From Raillietiella orientalis (lineage: Eukaryota): a DNA stretch of 64,000 nt. The notes under the pieces are model-generated. The model searched no databases and was not told the origin of the DNA. It was given only the letters and a program-made list of their open reading frames with translations. Of the stretch, positions 60,150 through 64,000 are shown in pieces. The stretch spans positions 2,790,001 through 2,854,000 of the forward strand of contig JAYWIR010000006.1 in assembly GCA_036172245.1 (NCBI GenBank), in the 5' to 3' direction. Within the stretch, counting starts at the first letter, position 1. Each line of letters begins with the position of its first letter. Position numbers and translations under genes: made by a program.

Positions 60150-61200
60150 GTGTCCAAGGACGCGGCAGAACTTTCAAAGTCCGACGCTGTTCCCACAGAG
60201 TGGCACGAAAGGGTGCTGCACCGCTCCTTCAATATGCTAGAAAGCTGGCCGCGGACTCCCACCTGCGCGCGAGGGCATCTGCTGATCAGAACTGAGTCGC
60301 AGAGTGCCCAAGACGATCACATGCAGACTGTCGGTGGTCTCCAGACGCCTCATGACCCTATCAGCAATATCTTTGCCGCCATCGGAGGGTCGGAAAACCC
60401 AGAGTTGCCCCAGTTGGACGCAGGCACTATGGAGCTCCTCCCAATCTGAGGTGCCAGTGGAAGCGTTGGTGGCCTCCTCCGAAGAAACGACTTCCTGGAC
60501 TTTCATTCGATCTAATAGACGCTCGTGACGAAGACAGTCCTCGGGGCAGGAATGTAAGACGCTTGCCAGCGCCCCCTCTGCGCACCATTTCTCGCGAGAG
60601 ATGCAGCAAACTGCGGACGACTAGCATCCCTCCTCTCTGGAGACCGCAGGTGCGCAATCCGCTAAGCCCGGATAAGCTGCTGCTGCAAAACACGAGCGGC
60701 ACTTTCTGAACCAAAATGTATGGAAGCAGGGATCACTGGAAACGGGAATGCGCATGGAAAGCTCAACACCCACCCCTAACATGGACGCCATCAGTCCTCT
60801 GGGGACTCCCCACTCACAGGGGTACCAGACAACGTCAGCCCACTTCCCAGACGTCAGCGTCTGATCTTTCGGGGCTCCTTGCTTCCGTTGCTGAATTGTT
60901 TGGATTTGGAGAGGAAGAAGACGATCCTGCAGCGTGGAGGGTGACGTACCTCCGTGGTCACATGCCCGCCGGGCATCATTTATGCCACTAGAGAACGAGG
61001 CTACTCCGAGGCATCCGGCCTCGGGTACGCCAAAGATGAGCGCGGATGCTTGGCATTCCTCATGGAAGCATCGAGGTTCCGGGCTTCCTGGTGAATGCCT
61101 CCGGCCTTCCCCTCCGTCACCAGCACACTGCCATCTTGTTGGTGCACTGTGCACTCATCCGAAATGAGAGGAGCAGCCACGCGCCAGCGGGGAGAGCGAC
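60150..61200 (+). mobile_element. Possible highly decayed LINE ORF2 thumb/C-terminal remnant of a different subfamily
   Basis: WHERVLHRSFNMLESWPRTPTCARGHLLI and a later P...GGLL motif recall the L1/Tx1 thumb region. Many stops. Confidence 0.25.
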
Positions 61201-63926
61201 GATGCCGTTTTCTTCAAGAAAGAGAACGCAGGAGCATTCCGGTCCTACGATGCCGCCCTTGGTGATCCATTTGGACCCATGTCCACGTCCTGAAGGGACT
61301 GTCTATCGCCTCTATACTGGAGACGCTCTGCCGCATGGGAGCAGCGGCCACCACCCAAACGAGGGAAGAGAGTGGCCGACCCTCCCGGAGCCGTTTCCGG
61401 CTGCCCGCATGTGGGAAGCGGGCACTGTCCCAACAGTAAGTGAAGCGCGAGGGATCCTTGGGGGAGATGGTGCGCGCACTGACCGGATGTCAGTGAATGC
61501 CCTTTTCCCCTCTGCTTTCCATCTCTTTCCCGTAAGACACTGACCCTCGGGAATTCTGCCGAGTACCACGGGACCATTCCGTCTCGCTCCCTATCTATTT
61601 ATTTATTCATTGGACTCCCTTCCGCTGCCCCCCGAGTTCTGTCCTCATCGTTACGGGGTCGACACAGGACTACCCGGCAGCGCAAATTTTCTGGATTTCT
61701 TCATTCGCAACGAATGGCCCGTCAAACAGGGACGACGAGGTAACGCCGGAGCGCTCGTTCCAGAATTCCGTCGAGAAGAACGCAGTCCTTAAGAGAGAGA
61801 AGAAGAAAAGGTTATCCATCCCTCCGCCGGGGAACCGCAAGTTCCAGGCGCCGGAACGCGGCCAGTATGCAGGCGATCGGAGCCGGCAAGGCTGGGCACC
61901 CTCGGGCAGGAGCGCGGCGCACCTGCCTGCGCCCTCGCTGCCAATATGGGGGAATCCTGAAGAACAGGTGAGCCTCCAGCCGTGGTGTCGGAGTCGCACC
62001 GTGCCCACGCACTCCCATCCCCGTTCCGTGCGGCCTCGCTGGGGAGTAGCAGTGGTTTCCGGATGCACCGACCGCGCACCCTGATGACCAGCGAACGCCC
62101 ACGTGCAGCGCAATTCCCCTCCTGGTTTCCGCCGGCTCGTCTTCACCTCGGTGGGCCGCGAGCCGTCCTTGGGATGTCCGAAGCTCTCCGACGCGGGAAT
62201 TCTTCCCGCCTCCATCCGGCGGGAGCCAAGCCGCGTGTTCCACCGATCGCCGCATTCTGCAGCGCCCGCTCGCTGGAGAGGACCAGGCGCGGCCCTCGTT
62301 TCATCCATGAGGGAGGACGCCACCATTCGATGCCCATAGGTGTTGACTTCCCACGGAGAAGTCGACGCAGAAGAGGAGCCGCCTGCTGCATCCGAACAGA
62401 CGGCAAGGAGGAAGGACTCCCGTCGCCGCCTCCTGGAGCGCTGCGTCCTGCACCAACCCCCGCCGTTGCGCTCATCTCTCGGGAACACCTCGGAGGACTG
62501 CGCGAAAGAACCTCCTGCCATGGATCCGAAGGGAGGGCAACCAGTCCAGAGAGGAATCCGCGACGAGGGCAGGTGGCTATCCTGATCCCAATCGCTGAGG
62601 GACTCGAATAGCTTCTCGACCCATCGTCTCTCTAAATCAACCCACGCGTGAAGTAGTGATTGGTGATGAACGCCGATCTTAGGCCCGGTAAAGAGCGACC
62701 TTTCGTGACCCTTTCGCCGCTTGCATCCTTCACCAGTTCTCTGAGAACCGTCGTCCTTGAAACTCGACGGACTTGTTGTCAGCTGGACGGAGAGAGTTGA
62801 TGGACTCTGGCTGATGGTCGGGGTAACGCCGGAATGAGAGAGGTGGTCAACGGTGACGGGATCTTCGCCACGTATCAGCAGGATGGCGGCAGACATATCG
62901 TCACGACGAGTGATCGCTGCAAACACGTTCGACCGTCAAGCAGGTTTTTTCGATGCCTCTCTCTCGCATCAGCAGATCACCTTGGCGTGCGACTGCCCAC
63001 GACGGAGAGAGGCACGATTTCCACAATAATTTTGTTTCAAAGTCCACTCTTGCGCGTTCGGGCCTGCGCCCACTCCGTGCAAGGACGGTCGGCTCCGGCT
63101 GGGTCCGCCGTTGCCCGTGCTCGGGGCTTCCCGCGTTTCGTTGTGTGACGTGTGGAAACGAGCTCTGTGCAGAGATGTGACTTCGGAAAATGCTGCACGG
63201 AGGCCTTCGTGCCGCCCGCAGGAACGCCTGAAAGAGTTCGAGCAAATCCACCTCGGGAAGTTGTGAAGCGGGTCGTCGCGAAAGGATGGAGTCCTGGGAA
63301 GGCAGATGAAAAAAAAGATGGGTGATGAAACGTCTGCCCGTGTCTTCCCATCCTCGCAAGTGCACACACGTGAGATACTCTGCGAATCAGACAGATACTG
63401 GCTGCTGCAGTGGGAGGACGGCGGGATTGATAAGCTCGAAGAACACGGAAGCGGGAAGCATCGGTCAGTGAAACCTCGCAGAGGATAGACGCGTGCTGAA
63501 GAACGACCACTCGTCCGAGAGAGACCAGGGCTGGAAACCATGGAATTCCGCTTAGAGGTCCGAGGGAGGCATCGTTCCGGCTGAACGCGGATGGATTTAT
63601 GGCGTGCCAACAACAGGTATATTCTTGAAGGATTTTTCCTCTCGTCTCCAAAGGGTGCTTGGATGCGTTGTTTTGCTGAAGAAGTACCGTGATACAAAAG
63701 TATTTTGTGCTCGACCTGCTATTTGGATCAAAAGATGTCGAATGCCGAGGCTGGAACGCGAAGCTGTTTCGGAAGACGTCGGTGCTGTCGTCCAGCGTGC
63801 AGAGCAGCGCCGAGACATATATCGGACGCCCCCCGAACGATCCCGAGAATAGACCGGGATGCATGGGCGAATCGCCTCCGGCAGCTGCAAAAGTGCTGTT
63901 TGCCCTTCTTTTGATTGCCGCGCGAC

Positions 63927-63958
63927 GAGAGTATACTGGTTGGAGAGTATACTGCTTG
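63927..63958. repeat. 16-bp tandem duplication
   Basis: GAGAGTATACTGGTTG GAGAGTATACTGCTTG. Confidence 0.85.
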
Positions 63959-64000
63959 GCGCAGCGGCGAGACCTCCCGAGCAGCGAGGAAAGCCACCGG

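Noticed and set aside
61670..62926. 418-aa ORF (also 24315-25373, 30408-31310, 63037-63864)
   Set aside because: No recognisable domain, with Arg/Ser/Gly-rich composition typical of GC-rich shadow ORFs. Some run through SINE copies.
63360..63425. EILCESDRYWLLQWED as a chromodomain fragment
   Set aside because: Too short, and no supporting integrase or gene context.

Overview
Eukaryotic (metazoan, probably arthropod/ecdysozoan) genomic DNA. It has spliceosomal introns and no operons, CRISPR array, rRNA or intact tRNA gene. One host gene is recognisable: a Dpr/ZIG-8-type two-Ig-domain cell-surface protein on the minus strand, with four phase-compatible coding exons from 44744 to 23886 (terminal exon not located). 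The rest is dominated by two retroelement families. (1) About 13 copies or fragments of a long (~750 nt) tRNA-headed SINE-like element with an internal array of ~40-45 nt hairpin units and a 3' terminal hairpin. (2) At least 7 remnants of an L1/Tx1-type non-LTR retrotransposon (APE, RT, C-terminal CCHC-like motif) that end in AATAAA + CCCGG-N5-CCGGG + TRWCA with essentially no poly(A). The most striking observation is nesting. Two apparently independent LINE copies (different 5' truncations and TSD lengths) sit at the same nucleotide of the SINE (site ACCAGTGCY). A third sits elsewhere in a SINE with a perfect 13-bp TSD, and a fourth sits inside another LINE's endonuclease. All four are antisense to their host. 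This suggests a SINE-targeting, site-specific LINE. All alignments were done by eye and repeat boundaries are approximate. No database search was possible, so novelty is unverified.
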